Below, piece after piece: positions 9,554-19,312 of a DNA stretch of 64,000 nucleotides (position 1 is its first letter; each line of letters begins with the position of its first letter). Location: contig CAXRHT010000003.1 of NCBI GenBank assembly GCA_964230645.1, forward strand, positions 320,001 through 384,000, given 5' to 3'. Origin of the DNA: Bdellovibrionales bacterium (lineage in GTDB: Bacteria; Bdellovibrionota; Bdellovibrionia; Bdellovibrionales; JAGQZY01). Under the pieces are notes generated by a model that was not told the origin of the DNA, made no database searches, and saw only the letters and a program-made list of their open reading frames with translations. The position numbers were made by a program, and so were the translations under genes.

Positions 9554-11050
9554 TTAGGGAAAGCTATTTCTAATGTAGGGTCGACGGTCATAAATAAAAA
9601 GATGATTCAGAGAAGTCGGTTTTGTTTCTGTTATTTTTGCGGGAATTTCAGGAGTCCGTTGAGAGTGGATCCAGACATCCTCCGTGATTTCCTTATAGTT
9701 TAAATGCAAAAATTTTAAAATTTCTGGTTCGCCTAAGCTTACTTTTGCCGTGAAAAATATGAAGGTCGGTTGCACTTCTTTTAGAATATCGAGGTTGTTA
9801 TGGTGAGCACGTTCATCGCCGGGTCCGTAGAAAACCATTAGAATGGGGTGCCTGGGCAATAAACCCGTGCTATCAAAGTAAAGAGCTTCCGGTGAATTAT
9901 CCACAAGGTCACCAAGATTTCCAATAACCCTAATCTGTTCTTTGTTGGAGAAATGCCAGCCCGTGAAATGGGTCATATAAAAGGGAGTAACAAAAAGTGG
10001 GATCACTAAAGCAAATCGTGCTCTCTTTTTTAGTATCCAGGAGAAGACGTAGAGGCTGGGTAAAAAGATCAGAGGAATATAGCTAGCAAAAAAATAGTCC
10101 CACTTTTCTGGGTAGATAAGAAAAGAAAGGCTAGAGGCGCCTGCCAAAATCGCAAAGGAGCTCCAATGATCTTGCTTTTTATTTTTAAGAAACAATATCC
10201 AACCCATGGATAGGAAAATATAATGAAGGAAGTTAATCTTAAAACTTAGGATAAGATTACTCCATCCTTCAATCTGAAAGAGTTGTCCAGTGGTGTTGGA
10301 GAAATAGAGAAGAGCGTAAACGAAAGGGTTACTTTCCGAAGCTTGCAACAATAAAAAGAGACTTGAAACGACTGTAACAAAGGCAAATGGGAGCATGAGG
10401 TAAAAAGCTATTCTAAACTTTGGAGAGGAAGCCTTTTCTGTAGAGTTAAGATAAAATGTATAGGCTGCGAATACAAAAATAAGAAAGATCGCCTTTGGAG
10501 TTGAAAGAAAGCAAAGAAAAATCAAACCTAAGGTCTTCCAAGAAAATGTCGGCAATCCTTTCAAAACATCCAGATTGGTTTTGTAAACAGCCAGCAGAAA
10601 GAAAAATAGTGCCAGGATATCCGAGCGAACACGAAAAATATTATAGAAATAGGTGTGAATACTCAATAGGAACAAAATGTATATAAAACTTAGTTTTTTG
10701 TCTTTGCTTCGCTGATAGACAATCGCTGCGATAAGAAAGCAATTAAAACTTGCAATCACTCCAAATAGCAGGCGGGCGGCTTTGATGTGTGAAATATTAT
10801 CTAAAGGCAGAAAATAAAGACTTTTTAGTAAAGCATAGAAAATGGGTCGGTAATAAACAACTATGGCTTCGGGTGAAAAGCTCCCAAATAGTTGACCCGA
10901 TGTGATTCCCCAAAATTCGGAGTGCGATATAAAATTCGACAAAGACATGGGTACAAAAATCAGCAGAGGAATAAGGAACCAAAGGCTTGGGTGACTCCAG
11001 CATCGAAGCACTAATTGAAGAAGAGGGTTTTTTCTCTGCGCTGTATCCAT
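9554..11050 (-). CDS. Polytopic membrane protein, GT-C (ArnT/PMT-like) glycosyltransferase-like
   Basis: About 11-12 TM segments; YYRPIFYALL and RVRSDILA motifs; soluble C-terminal domain. Confidence 0.55.
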   Translation of the reverse strand: MDTAQRKNPLLQLVLRCWSHPSLWFLIPLLIFVPMSLSNFISHSEFWGITSGQLFGSFSPEAIVVYYRPIFYALLKSLYFLPLDNISHIKAARLLFGVIASFNCFLIAAIVYQRSKDKKLSFIYILFLLSIHTYFYNIFRVRSDILALFFFLLAVYKTNLDVLKGLPTFSWKTLGLIFLCFLSTPKAIFLIFVFAAYTFYLNSTEKASSPKFRIAFYLMLPFAFVTVVSSLFLLLQASESNPFVYALLYFSNTTGQLFQIEGWSNLILSFKINFLHYIFLSMGWILFLKNKKQDHWSSFAILAGASSLSFLIYPEKWDYFFASYIPLIFLPSLYVFSWILKKRARFALVIPLFVTPFYMTHFTGWHFSNKEQIRVIGNLGDLVDNSPEALYFDSTGLLPRHPILMVFYGPGDERAHHNNLDILKEVQPTFIFFTAKVSLGEPEILKFLHLNYKEITEDVWIHSQRTPEIPAKITETKPTSLNHLFIYDRRPYIRNSFP

Positions 11051-11164
11051 AAATAATAACTCATATTATCGCACTCCTCAGGAAATGAGTATCCTCTTAT
11101 TAGGGTGTTTTTCCTTGCCATTAAGCCATAGGCTCGATAGGTAAAATAGGAGGCGAGGTGCTAT

Positions 11165-11830
11165 ATGAAAGAACTTCTGGAAACCCCATTGGATGAGCGC
11201 GACGAGAAATGGAACGAGCAATTTTTTAAAGAAATCCGCTCGGCTAAATTTGAATTTATGAGTGAATCTCCCATCGAAGGTCCAGATGGAATGCCTTACC
11301 TTGCTGTTAAGACCACTGAAGAGGAGGGCGAGCCTGCCGAAGAAGTTTTCAATTGGCTCGGAGAAAAAGGTGTGGGGCTTGCGGTAAACCCCAACAAAGA
11401 AAATCCTGATTTTGTTTTCTCCTATGGAATGATTTGGAATTATTTATTAAATGGCGAATTTATAACTGAAATGGAAGACGAGGGAGCTGCTGGATCGAAA
11501 GAAATGGAAATGGAGCCTGGGCAGGAGATGATGGCCGGAACACCCAGTGAAACCTATTTTCCACCTCATGTCAGAGGTCTTTTTAAAGAATTTTTACAGC
11601 AACAAGGTGTCCTGGACCCCAAAATTGTGATGCTTTCTCAAGATGGCAAAAATTATGATTTATGCTTTTCCCTAGAGTCTCTGGGAAACCCACCAGAAGA
11701 GGAATGGCAGGGGATTTTAGAGGGCTTTTCGTGGTTTTTTCCACTGCACTATTCTTTTTCCATCATCAGCGAGAATATGATTGAAGGGATTGAGTTCCAA
11801 CGTCTGGGAGAGACAACTCAGCCCTCTTGA
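11165..11830 (+). CDS. SseB-like acidic hypothetical protein
   Basis: GPDGMPY, GLAVNP...PDFVFSYG, AGTPSETYFP pattern resembling SseB N- and C-domains. Confidence 0.45.
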   Translation: MKELLETPLDERDEKWNEQFFKEIRSAKFEFMSESPIEGPDGMPYLAVKTTEEEGEPAEEVFNWLGEKGVGLAVNPNKENPDFVFSYGMIWNYLLNGEFITEMEDEGAAGSKEMEMEPGQEMMAGTPSETYFPPHVRGLFKEFLQQQGVLDPKIVMLSQDGKNYDLCFSLESLGNPPEEEWQGILEGFSWFFPLHYSFSIISENMIEGIEFQRLGETTQPS

Positions 11831-11979
11831 GCGGTTTCAAAGCCAATTGAAAGGATCTCCTCCAATTTTTTGCTTTAGATTAAACCTAAGCGCCAGCCAA
11901 ATTTGAAAGTGTGAAGTTTTAATAAATATTCTTGAGCTCTCATTTGGTAGTATAAGTGTTCGGCTAAAGGAGAGAGAGA

Positions 11980-12738
11980 ATGCTTTCTAATTTTCACGAA
12001 AAACTGGTGCCTAAATCCGTCAAGCCCTTCTTGAAACATATTACTCCGGCGGCTAGAAAAGTGGTGAATTGGAAGGAGTTGGTGAGCGATTTTTCCAACC
12101 TTACTATTGGCGCCCTGGAGAATAAGCCAATCAAAGAGCGCTTTCAAAACTATCAACTTCCTAAAAATGTGGAACTCAAAGAAAAACTTGAAAGTCCTCT
12201 TAAGGCGGATCAAATGAATGGCCAGGTTTGGATCGGTGAAAAGGTCCTCGAAATTTATTTCAAACAACTGGACCGAGAAGAAGAAATTTTCCTAGATTTG
12301 CGTCACGGTAATTTTGAGAAAAAAGAAGACAGTCTTCTTTGGTCTCCATCAAGACTAACTTACAAATTCTCATCCGATTTTCGACAGGGTTTGCTGGAAG
12401 TTTATGAGGGCTATTATTTAGATAAGGAAGAAAGTTTTGATTCCGGGCTTGAAAAAATGGGCCTATGGCAAGATCGCATGAGTGAAGAGCAAAAAGAGCA
12501 GATTAAAAATCTTTTAGAGGATCATATTGGCTCTGATGATAAGCATGCGACTCTATTTAGTATGGAAAACTTTGAGGAAAGCTTTGATACCTTTTTCCAA
12601 TATTTAAAAGAAAATTCGATCACACTACCATCGGATTTTGTATTTTTTGGAATTTACCTTGTAGGGCTATACTCTCATCTTGATCCCATTGACGAGAAGT
12701 TAGATGTAGCCAAAGCTTACCGGAACGCCCTTCAATAG
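11980..12738 (+). CDS. Hypothetical protein
   Basis: SD AAGGAGAG; 252-aa ORF. Confidence 0.7.
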   Translation: MLSNFHEKLVPKSVKPFLKHITPAARKVVNWKELVSDFSNLTIGALENKPIKERFQNYQLPKNVELKEKLESPLKADQMNGQVWIGEKVLEIYFKQLDREEEIFLDLRHGNFEKKEDSLLWSPSRLTYKFSSDFRQGLLEVYEGYYLDKEESFDSGLEKMGLWQDRMSEEQKEQIKNLLEDHIGSDDKHATLFSMENFEESFDTFFQYLKENSITLPSDFVFFGIYLVGLYSHLDPIDEKLDVAKAYRNALQ

Positions 12739-12786
12739 CTAAAAACACAAACTCAGTTGGTTGAGACTACAGTAGGTACCATCCAT

Positions 12787-12801
12787 TGGGTTTTGCGTTG
12801 C
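12787..12801 (+). promoter_or_regulatory. Possible sigma-54 promoter
   Basis: TGGG-ttttgcg-TTGC (GG-N10-GC), ~30 nt upstream of the ATG at 12833. Confidence 0.4.
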
Positions 12802-12832
12802 ATTTCCTAGCGAAATCCGAAAACATAGGTTT

Positions 12833-13714
12833 ATGCGCCGGTGCTTCCTTTTTATTTATGTCAGCCTCTTAGGTTTTTCTGTCATGGCAGAGAATAAGAA
12901 GATACAAACCGGAGTCACTCAAGCCAATATCGAACAGGCAGAGAGCCCAGAGCAAACTGGGAGTGACTCTTTTGGTAGTTACTCTATCGGACATAACTTA
13001 TCGACAAATTCTCGTACTTTAAACGAAGGCCAATGGTCTTTAGGTTCACTTTATTTCGGCTACGGAATAAGCGATAATTTTACAGTAGGTACCAGTCTTT
13101 TTGTCATCAATAGTTTTAAAATGGCCAATGTTATGGCTCGATACGGATTCGATATATCCAGTAATGAAAGACTCAGTTTTGATTTTGCCTATTTCAAAAC
13201 TTTCGGTGGGCGAGTAAAGACTTACCCAGAGTCTTGCTATTTTTTCGAAAAATCAAAAGAGACTCGATGTTATCAATTTTCACCCCAGGCCGTCGGCTTT
13301 GTGATGGAAGCGATTAACATGAAAGCAACTTATACAAAAAAAATACTCGACTGGTATAGGGCGAACTCTACTCTAAGTTATTTTTATTATATTGAAGAAC
13401 TGATGCCTTTTTCTTTTCGAATGGACCCGGCTAACCCTGATCCTTACACCATAAATTTAACAAGTCTCCATGAATTCCGTTTACATGAAACTCTTTTCAT
13501 AAATTACGAATTTGGTTTTTGGGGCTTTAACTATCAATACCCTTATATCCATACGGGACTCAGTATTAATGTTCAAAAAGATTTTTGGCTCTTAGGCATT
13601 GGAGCCAGTACCACTTTTAGCCCGAGTTTTCCTGAGAAGAGAGCGCGCTATTTTGTTGGCTACGATTCCCGGATGTCGATCCATCCGGAGATTGAACTAC
13701 AGGTATTCTTTTAA
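12833..13714 (+). CDS. Putative outer-membrane beta-barrel protein
   Basis: Signal peptide, alternating beta-strand pattern, C-terminal ELQVFF (terminal Phe). Confidence 0.6.
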   Translation: MRRCFLFIYVSLLGFSVMAENKKIQTGVTQANIEQAESPEQTGSDSFGSYSIGHNLSTNSRTLNEGQWSLGSLYFGYGISDNFTVGTSLFVINSFKMANVMARYGFDISSNERLSFDFAYFKTFGGRVKTYPESCYFFEKSKETRCYQFSPQAVGFVMEAINMKATYTKKILDWYRANSTLSYFYYIEELMPFSFRMDPANPDPYTINLTSLHEFRLHETLFINYEFGFWGFNYQYPYIHTGLSINVQKDFWLLGIGASTTFSPSFPEKRARYFVGYDSRMSIHPEIELQVFF

Positions 13715-13722
13715 GGCTCAGA

Positions 13723-14106
13723 CTATTCCAACTCACCAGGTTTAGGCAGGAGGTCACAAAGGCATTCGCGCCAATATTCCGGAGCATCAGAAGTGTAGTC
13801 AATTCCAATTTCGAAAACAGAATCACCACAGTACTTGGTTCGAGTGACAAGGCCTGTGATATCAAGATCCATCGCTGGAATGAATATAGAGATTTGTAAA
13901 CCCTCGATTTCCTCAAGGCTTAAATTTTCTCGTAAGACCGGATCACAAAGTTGTTTGCGGTCAACAATCAAGCGGAAACCACTTGTGGAAGCTTCGACCA
14001 GAAAACCGCCATCAGCAATTGGAGTTAAATCATTTATAGAGATTAATCCCTGGATAGCTAATGGGTCGACATCTTGCCTTTCGAAGTATCGTTTTTCAGA
14101 TCGCAT
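13723..14106 (-). CDS. Stand-alone PilZ domain protein
   Basis: RYFER (RxxxR), EASTSG, then VTRT...FEIGIDY. Confidence 0.75.
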   Translation of the reverse strand: MRSEKRYFERQDVDPLAIQGLISINDLTPIADGGFLVEASTSGFRLIVDRKQLCDPVLRENLSLEEIEGLQISIFIPAMDLDITGLVTRTKYCGDSVFEIGIDYTSDAPEYWRECLCDLLPKPGELE

Positions 14107-14162
14107 GTGTTTCTCCTTGTTGAGGATCCAAGAAGCTTAATAAACCTCATTGAAATCACTTA

Positions 14163-14771
14163 CTACCTTTGTCGGTGTTTCCTGACAAAAGTTGAGTCCA
14201 GGATAAAAAAAGATAGGAAAAACTGCTGAAAACTTCTCGAATAGCCAATACCGGCGAAATTCTGCCCACTTGATTTGGCAGAAAAATTCCACCATGAAAC
14301 ATTCTGAGTGTCCCAATTGAATGTTTCAATGTGGGAAAGGGTGGGGAGATCGTATTTATCATTAAGTGCTTTCCAGCAGGCCTCCTTACTGGTGAATAAA
14401 TCAAACGAAGGGGGATGATTGCTAAATTCTTCTTTTGATGAAACACGTTTAAGGACGCTCTCAGAGATTCTTGTTTTTATTTCGATATCCACACCGATAT
14501 TTTTTGAAGACTCAGAGTAAAAAACCACAGATCCCTCAGGCGAATGACTCAAACTCACGGCCCCTTTAGTGATCAAAGGTGGTGAGTCTAAATTGAGAAG
14601 ATTCGTTTCATCTTTTTTAGAAATTCCGAAAGGACGAAGCAGCGTGACGGCTTGCTTTCGTAAAAGAGAGCGATGGTCTGTAAGGTTTGAATGAATCTCA
14701 GGAAGAAACCAAAGCTTGTATTTTGAACCAAGGGCTTCTGGTAATTCAATACTTTCAATGTGAAATTTCAT
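14163..14771 (-). CDS. 4'-phosphopantetheinyl transferase (Sfp/EntD-type)
   Basis: VSLSHS, IGVDIE, FTSKEACWKA motifs. Confidence 0.85.
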   Translation of the reverse strand: MKFHIESIELPEALGSKYKLWFLPEIHSNLTDHRSLLRKQAVTLLRPFGISKKDETNLLNLDSPPLITKGAVSLSHSPEGSVVFYSESSKNIGVDIEIKTRISESVLKRVSSKEEFSNHPPSFDLFTSKEACWKALNDKYDLPTLSHIETFNWDTQNVSWWNFSAKSSGQNFAGIGYSRSFQQFFLSFFILDSTFVRKHRQR

Positions 14772-15745
14772 AATTGTGGGGATTGAAAGCGCTCAGGCCA
14801 AGTCACACTTTTGCCTTCAGAGATGTCCATCATTCGTTGTAGAGGAGTCCGCGCTTTATCAATCAGTTCATTGCTTACAAAAACCTCGTTCTCAAAGGTT
14901 TCTAAAACCTGTTTTATTTTCTCAAGGTTGTTGAGTTTCATATAAGGGCAGTCATTGCATTGGCAATGCCCTTCAAAGGGAGCTTGAATGATATTCGCCT
15001 CAGGGCGGGCTTTTTGTAATTGATGGAAAATTCCCGTTTCGGTCGCAACAATAAAAGTGTCAGTGCTTTTATTGGTCTTAAGTTCATTAAGAATACCAGA
15101 AGTTGAGCCAATGTAGTCGGCATGAACCAATACGGCCTCTTCACATTCTGGATGCGCCAAAACAATGGCCCCTGGGTTTTCCTCTTTCAGTTGGAAGAGT
15201 TTTTTAGCTGAAAAAAGAACGTGCACTTCGCAGTGTCCCGGCCACTGCAACATCTCTCGCCCGATGGTTTTTTCAAGATAGCGTCCGAGGTTCTGGTCAG
15301 GACCGAACATGATGGGTCGATCTTTAGGGATGGCGTTTACGATTTTTTCGGCATTTGAAGAGGTGCAGATCACATCACTCACGGCCTTCACCTCGGCACT
15401 ACTATTAATGTAGGTAATAGCGATATGGTCGGGATGTTTTTTGCGCCACTCAACGAAGTCTTTGTAAGGAGTGCCGCTAACAAGGCTGCAACCGGCTTTC
15501 ATATCAGGAACAAAAACTCTCTTGTCGGGACTAAGGATTTTCACACTCTCGGCCATAAAGACAACGCCGGCGAGCAGAACGTTTTTCGCGTCACTTTTTT
15601 GTCCCATCTGGGAGAGAAAGTAACTGTCTCCGCAGTAATCTGCCAGTTCTTGGATCGCGCCGTCTTGATAATAGTGCGCTAGCATCAAGACGTTCTTTTC
15701 CTTTTTTAGTTTTAAAATATCCTCAAAGAGTTGAGAGTGAGCCAT
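14768..15745 (-). CDS. nadA: Quinolinate synthase
   Basis: LAHYYQ, GVVFMAE, AGCSL, YINSS, CTSSNA, CEVH, AHPEC, CPYMK. Confidence 0.97.
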   Translation of the reverse strand: MAHSQLFEDILKLKKEKNVLMLAHYYQDGAIQELADYCGDSYFLSQMGQKSDAKNVLLAGVVFMAESVKILSPDKRVFVPDMKAGCSLVSGTPYKDFVEWRKKHPDHIAITYINSSAEVKAVSDVICTSSNAEKIVNAIPKDRPIMFGPDQNLGRYLEKTIGREMLQWPGHCEVHVLFSAKKLFQLKEENPGAIVLAHPECEEAVLVHADYIGSTSGILNELKTNKSTDTFIVATETGIFHQLQKARPEANIIQAPFEGHCQCNDCPYMKLNNLEKIKQVLETFENEVFVSNELIDKARTPLQRMMDISEGKSVTWPERFQSPQL

Positions 15746-16344
15746 TAAACATTCCCGCTTTTTAAGGCTGAAATAATGGATTTAGAGAGAGTTTTAAGAG
15801 ACTCCATAACTCCAATTCCTTCCTCGGCTTTGGCTTCAAAGTCAGGGGAGTTATATTTGTTAAGGGCGGAGCGAAGCTCTGCCACTGAGGCTACAGAGTC
15901 TAGATCTCTTTTATTATACTGTAAAACAAAGGGGATTTTCTTGATGTCGTAGCCTGAGAGCTCTAAGTTTTTTTCCATGTTCTTCAGCGAATTAATATTT
16001 TCATCCATCCGATCCATCTGTGAATCGGCCACGAAGATAATTCCATCTAGGTTTTTTAAGATCAACCGTCGACTGGCGTCATAAATGACCTGGCCAGGAA
16101 CAGTGTAAAGGTGAAAGCGAACTTTAAGGCCTCTGATTTCGCCCACGTCCAGGGGAAGAAAATCAAAAAAGCGTGTTCGTTCTGGAGTGCCAACATCGAA
16201 TTCCATCATGTCACTTGTGGAGGGGTTGGCTTGGCGCGTGGCCTGATAGACCCACTTCAAATTGGTGGTCTTGCCTCCAAGAGAGGGTCCGTAGTAGACA
16301 ATTTTGCAATGAAGCTCTTTAGCTTCCTGGTTAATTAACGCCAT
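15745..16344 (-). CDS. mglA: MglA Ras-like GTPase
   Basis: CKIVYYGPSLGGKTTNL, ERTRFFDFLP, LYTVPGQ, QYNKRDL. Confidence 0.93.
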   Translation of the reverse strand: MALINQEAKELHCKIVYYGPSLGGKTTNLKWVYQATRQANPSTSDMMEFDVGTPERTRFFDFLPLDVGEIRGLKVRFHLYTVPGQVIYDASRRLILKNLDGIIFVADSQMDRMDENINSLKNMEKNLELSGYDIKKIPFVLQYNKRDLDSVASVAELRSALNKYNSPDFEAKAEEGIGVMESLKTLSKSIISALKSGNV

Positions 16345-16949
16345 TAAACCTCAGTCCGATGTGATAATGCCCGATGCAGGGTACGATCATCAATATAGTC
16401 GATATCACTTCCCATGGGAATACCTTGAGCCAGACGTGTTATCTTGTAGGACTTATTTTCCAACTCTTGATGGAGATAAAGGACCGTGGTGTCTCCCTCG
16501 AGATCGGAATCCACAGCTAAAATGATTTCCTCAACTTCTGAGCCCTCTTTTTCAAGACGCTTTAAAAGCTCACTAATCTTAAGTTTTTCCGGAGTCACAC
16601 CTTCCAGTGGAGAAATGGCTCCATGGAGAACATGATAAAGACCACTATAGGCTCCGGAGGCTTCGATCTGTGCGATATCCTCTGGTTGCTCGACCACGCA
16701 CATAATCTGCTTACTACGATGAGGGCTTTTGCAAATTCGACACTCACGATCAGGGTTGTCAGTATAGTTAAAACAAGTGTCGCAAAGGACAATGCTCTCT
16801 TCCACCGCAAGAATAGTTTCTCTTAAATCCTGACAGTATTTCGGATTTTTCAATAAATAGTGAGTCAGTCGCTGAGCCGATTTAGGACCAACGCCAGGAA
16901 GTTTCGCTATTTCGTGGACCAATTTGTCCAGCGTTGGAATATTAAACAC
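16344..16949 (-). CDS. recR: Recombination mediator RecR
   Basis: LPGVGPKSAQR HhH, C4 zinc finger, Toprim CVVE, YHVLHGAISP. Confidence 0.97.
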   Translation of the reverse strand: MFNIPTLDKLVHEIAKLPGVGPKSAQRLTHYLLKNPKYCQDLRETILAVEESIVLCDTCFNYTDNPDRECRICKSPHRSKQIMCVVEQPEDIAQIEASGAYSGLYHVLHGAISPLEGVTPEKLKISELLKRLEKEGSEVEEIILAVDSDLEGDTTVLYLHQELENKSYKITRLAQGIPMGSDIDYIDDRTLHRALSHRTEV

Positions 16950-17278
16950 TAAAACATACCCGGAATGTTCATGCCGCCTGTGACTTTTTGCATTTCAGCA
17001 TCCTGGTCTTTCTTGGCGGTTGTTAAAGCATCATTCATGGCCGTGATAATCATCTCTTGGAGCATCTCGGCGTCACCTTCCTTAAAAATTTCAGGATCAA
17101 TCTTAAGAGCGGCGACATTATTTTCGCCTTTGACGGTTACTTGAATCGCTCCACCACCAGAGGTGCCTTCGTATTCTTTTTCAGCCAGCTCTTCTTGAAG
17201 CTGCTTCATCTTGGCTTGCATTTGATTGGCCTGACGAATCAGGTTTTGCATGCTGTTTCCGCGTCCTTTTCCTTTCAT
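16949..17278 (-). CDS. ybaB: YbaB/EbfC nucleoid-associated protein
   Basis: QANQMQ...GTSGGG; conserved position between dnaX and recR. Confidence 0.95.
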   Translation of the reverse strand: MKGKGRGNSMQNLIRQANQMQAKMKQLQEELAEKEYEGTSGGGAIQVTVKGENNVAALKIDPEIFKEGDAEMLQEMIITAMNDALTTAKKDQDAEMQKVTGGMNIPGMF

Positions 17279-17280
17279 AA

Positions 17281-19071
17281 TTACATCTCCTGAGTGGGTG
17301 GGCGCATATCGCTCACACCAATTTTAGTTATATGATCTTTAAAAACCTTTTCTGTGGCTTGTACTAAGGGGTGAGACTCAATGGACTGGGCCTCTTTCTT
17401 TTGTTTTTGTGCCTTGGCTTTTTTCTCTATGGCTTTGGGGGAAAGATTGACGTGAGAGTGGTCCTTTTCAAGGATCATCACTTCCACTTTTCTTTCATCA
17501 TCCCAGTAATTTTTGAGGAAGTTCTCTGTACGCTCTAAGTTTTTTCCTTCACTGAGTTTATCGTAGAGAAACTTCATTTTTTCCGGAAGTCCTAAGGTTA
17601 AGGTGTTCTCGTCTTCTTTCACTAAAGAGGTGTGCTCAAGAAGAGCACCGAGAAATCCGTTGGCCTGTTTCACAGCCGTTACAAACTCATCCCAGGTTTT
17701 TCCCACTTTGTGTTCGTCATCAGGGAAGGGAACGGGAACCGAGGTGGCCTTTTTTTCTTCCGTTTTTTGAGAGTCTTCAGAAGTTTTTTTACTTTCTTCT
17801 GCGGAAGCTTTGGTAGAAGCCGCGTTTTCAGCGCTCACTGGAGCTTCTTTTTTTGTTTCCGTCTTTATGGGCTTAGATGTTGGCGTTTTTTTTTGAGCTT
17901 GGTTGGCCGTCGATGCACTGGGCTTAGGCGCCGGATTGGCTCGTCTACTTGTCGATGGATCGAGGGGTAAAGATTGAGTTAGGCGAGGGAGACTTAAAAG
18001 CTTAAAGAGTAACATCTCAAGGCCAAGCCTGGCGTCACTGTTGAAGTTTAAGCGCTGTGTGCCTGTAAGCATGACATCAAAGAGGAGATGAATGGTTTCC
18101 TCGTTGAGGCTTTTTACAATACTTTCTAGCTCTTGGGTTTCGTGCTCGGAAATATCCAGGCCCTCTTGTTTATGGCATTCTTTAAGAACCATTAGAGCGT
18201 TTCGAATCATTTCAAGAAACTCTTCGGCAAAAAGCTTAGGGTCATAGCCTGAATTTTTAAACTGGCTTACCGTTTTGTACATGAGATCAGAGTCGTTTTC
18301 GGCAATCGCTCGTAAACAAGAAAGAAGAAGGTTGCGGTCAGTAAGACCAAGCACACCCATAACGGAATCAAGACTGAGTTTACCGTGACTAAAAGAAATG
18401 AGCTGATCAAGTAGCGTTAAAGAATCACGAATGGACCCATTGGCTTGCTTGGCGATCATCAAGAGAGCGCTTTCTTCAAACTCAATGTTTTCCGTCTCAC
18501 AAATCTTTTGGAGATTATTTTTAATGTCCACAAGGGTGTGGTTGCGAAAGTCAAAACGCTGGCAACGGGATAAAATAGTGGCCGGTATTTTCTGCACCTC
18601 AGTGGTGGCAAAAACAAAGATGACGTGCTCGGGAGGCTCTTCCAGAGTTTTCAACAGAGCGTTGAAAGCACTAGTGGAAAGCATATGAACTTCGTCAATA
18701 ATATAGACTTTGTACTTCCCAGAGCTTGGCATATAACCGATGGTTTCGCGCAGCTCCCGGATGTGATCCACACCGTTGTTACTGGCTCCATCAATTTCAA
18801 TCACGTCGAGATGGTTACCCTCGGCGATATTCTGACAGGATTCACATTCGCCACAGGGCATTTGTTCTTTTAAGTCTTTACAGAGAAGGGTTTTGGCGAT
18901 GATGCGAGCGGTGGTGGTTTTCCCGGTTCCTCTGGGACCTGTTAATAATAGAGCGTGGGGAAAGCGATCCGAAGCCAGGGCATTTAGCAATGTTTGGGTC
19001 ACGTGGCTTTGTCCGACGAACTCGGAAAAAGATTGAGGTCGGAATTTGCGGGCTATCACCTGATAAGCCAT
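17281..19071 (-). CDS. dnaX: DNA polymerase III subunit gamma/tau
   Basis: MAYQVIARKFRPQ start, GPRGTGKTT, DEVHML, TILSRC; low-complexity linker; start moved to ATG 19071. Confidence 0.97.
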   Translation of the reverse strand: MAYQVIARKFRPQSFSEFVGQSHVTQTLLNALASDRFPHALLLTGPRGTGKTTTARIIAKTLLCKDLKEQMPCGECESCQNIAEGNHLDVIEIDGASNNGVDHIRELRETIGYMPSSGKYKVYIIDEVHMLSTSAFNALLKTLEEPPEHVIFVFATTEVQKIPATILSRCQRFDFRNHTLVDIKNNLQKICETENIEFEESALLMIAKQANGSIRDSLTLLDQLISFSHGKLSLDSVMGVLGLTDRNLLLSCLRAIAENDSDLMYKTVSQFKNSGYDPKLFAEEFLEMIRNALMVLKECHKQEGLDISEHETQELESIVKSLNEETIHLLFDVMLTGTQRLNFNSDARLGLEMLLFKLLSLPRLTQSLPLDPSTSRRANPAPKPSASTANQAQKKTPTSKPIKTETKKEAPVSAENAASTKASAEESKKTSEDSQKTEEKKATSVPVPFPDDEHKVGKTWDEFVTAVKQANGFLGALLEHTSLVKEDENTLTLGLPEKMKFLYDKLSEGKNLERTENFLKNYWDDERKVEVMILEKDHSHVNLSPKAIEKKAKAQKQKKEAQSIESHPLVQATEKVFKDHITKIGVSDMRPPTQEM

Positions 19072-19091
19072 GGGCCCCCTAGAGAAAAAAA

Positions 19092-19190
19092 GTGGCCGAG
19101 CGACCCGTAGCACATAGGATACAAGCTACCGTTGCTTCCTTCCGGACCTGGCGGATTTCACGAGAACGCTATTGTACGGGACTCGACCGG
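19092..19190 (-). ncRNA. ffs: Signal recognition particle 4.5S RNA
   Basis: Minus strand contains CCAGGTCCGGAAGGAAGCAACGG (helix 8) in a long hairpin, upstream of dnaX. Confidence 0.93.
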
Positions 19191-19194
19191 GGGC

Positions 19195-19223
19195 AGCTTA
19201 ACGTAGGGAGTCGAAGAGGGCAA
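19195..19223 (-). promoter_or_regulatory. Putative sigma-70 promoter of ffs
   Basis: TTGCCC-17 nt-TAAGCT. Confidence 0.55.
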
Positions 19224-19312
19224 GGTAAACAAGGCCCTTGCGGCGGTGCTGCAGTCCGATTTCTTTTGCGCCTCTGTTGAGGCTTTTAGAGGAAAAGGGC
19301 ATACTTTTGAGG

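Noticed and set aside
19092..19280. 62-aa ORF and the extended dnaX/M48 N-termini
   Set aside because: They overlap the SRP RNA and its promoter; better starts exist at 19071 and 19313.
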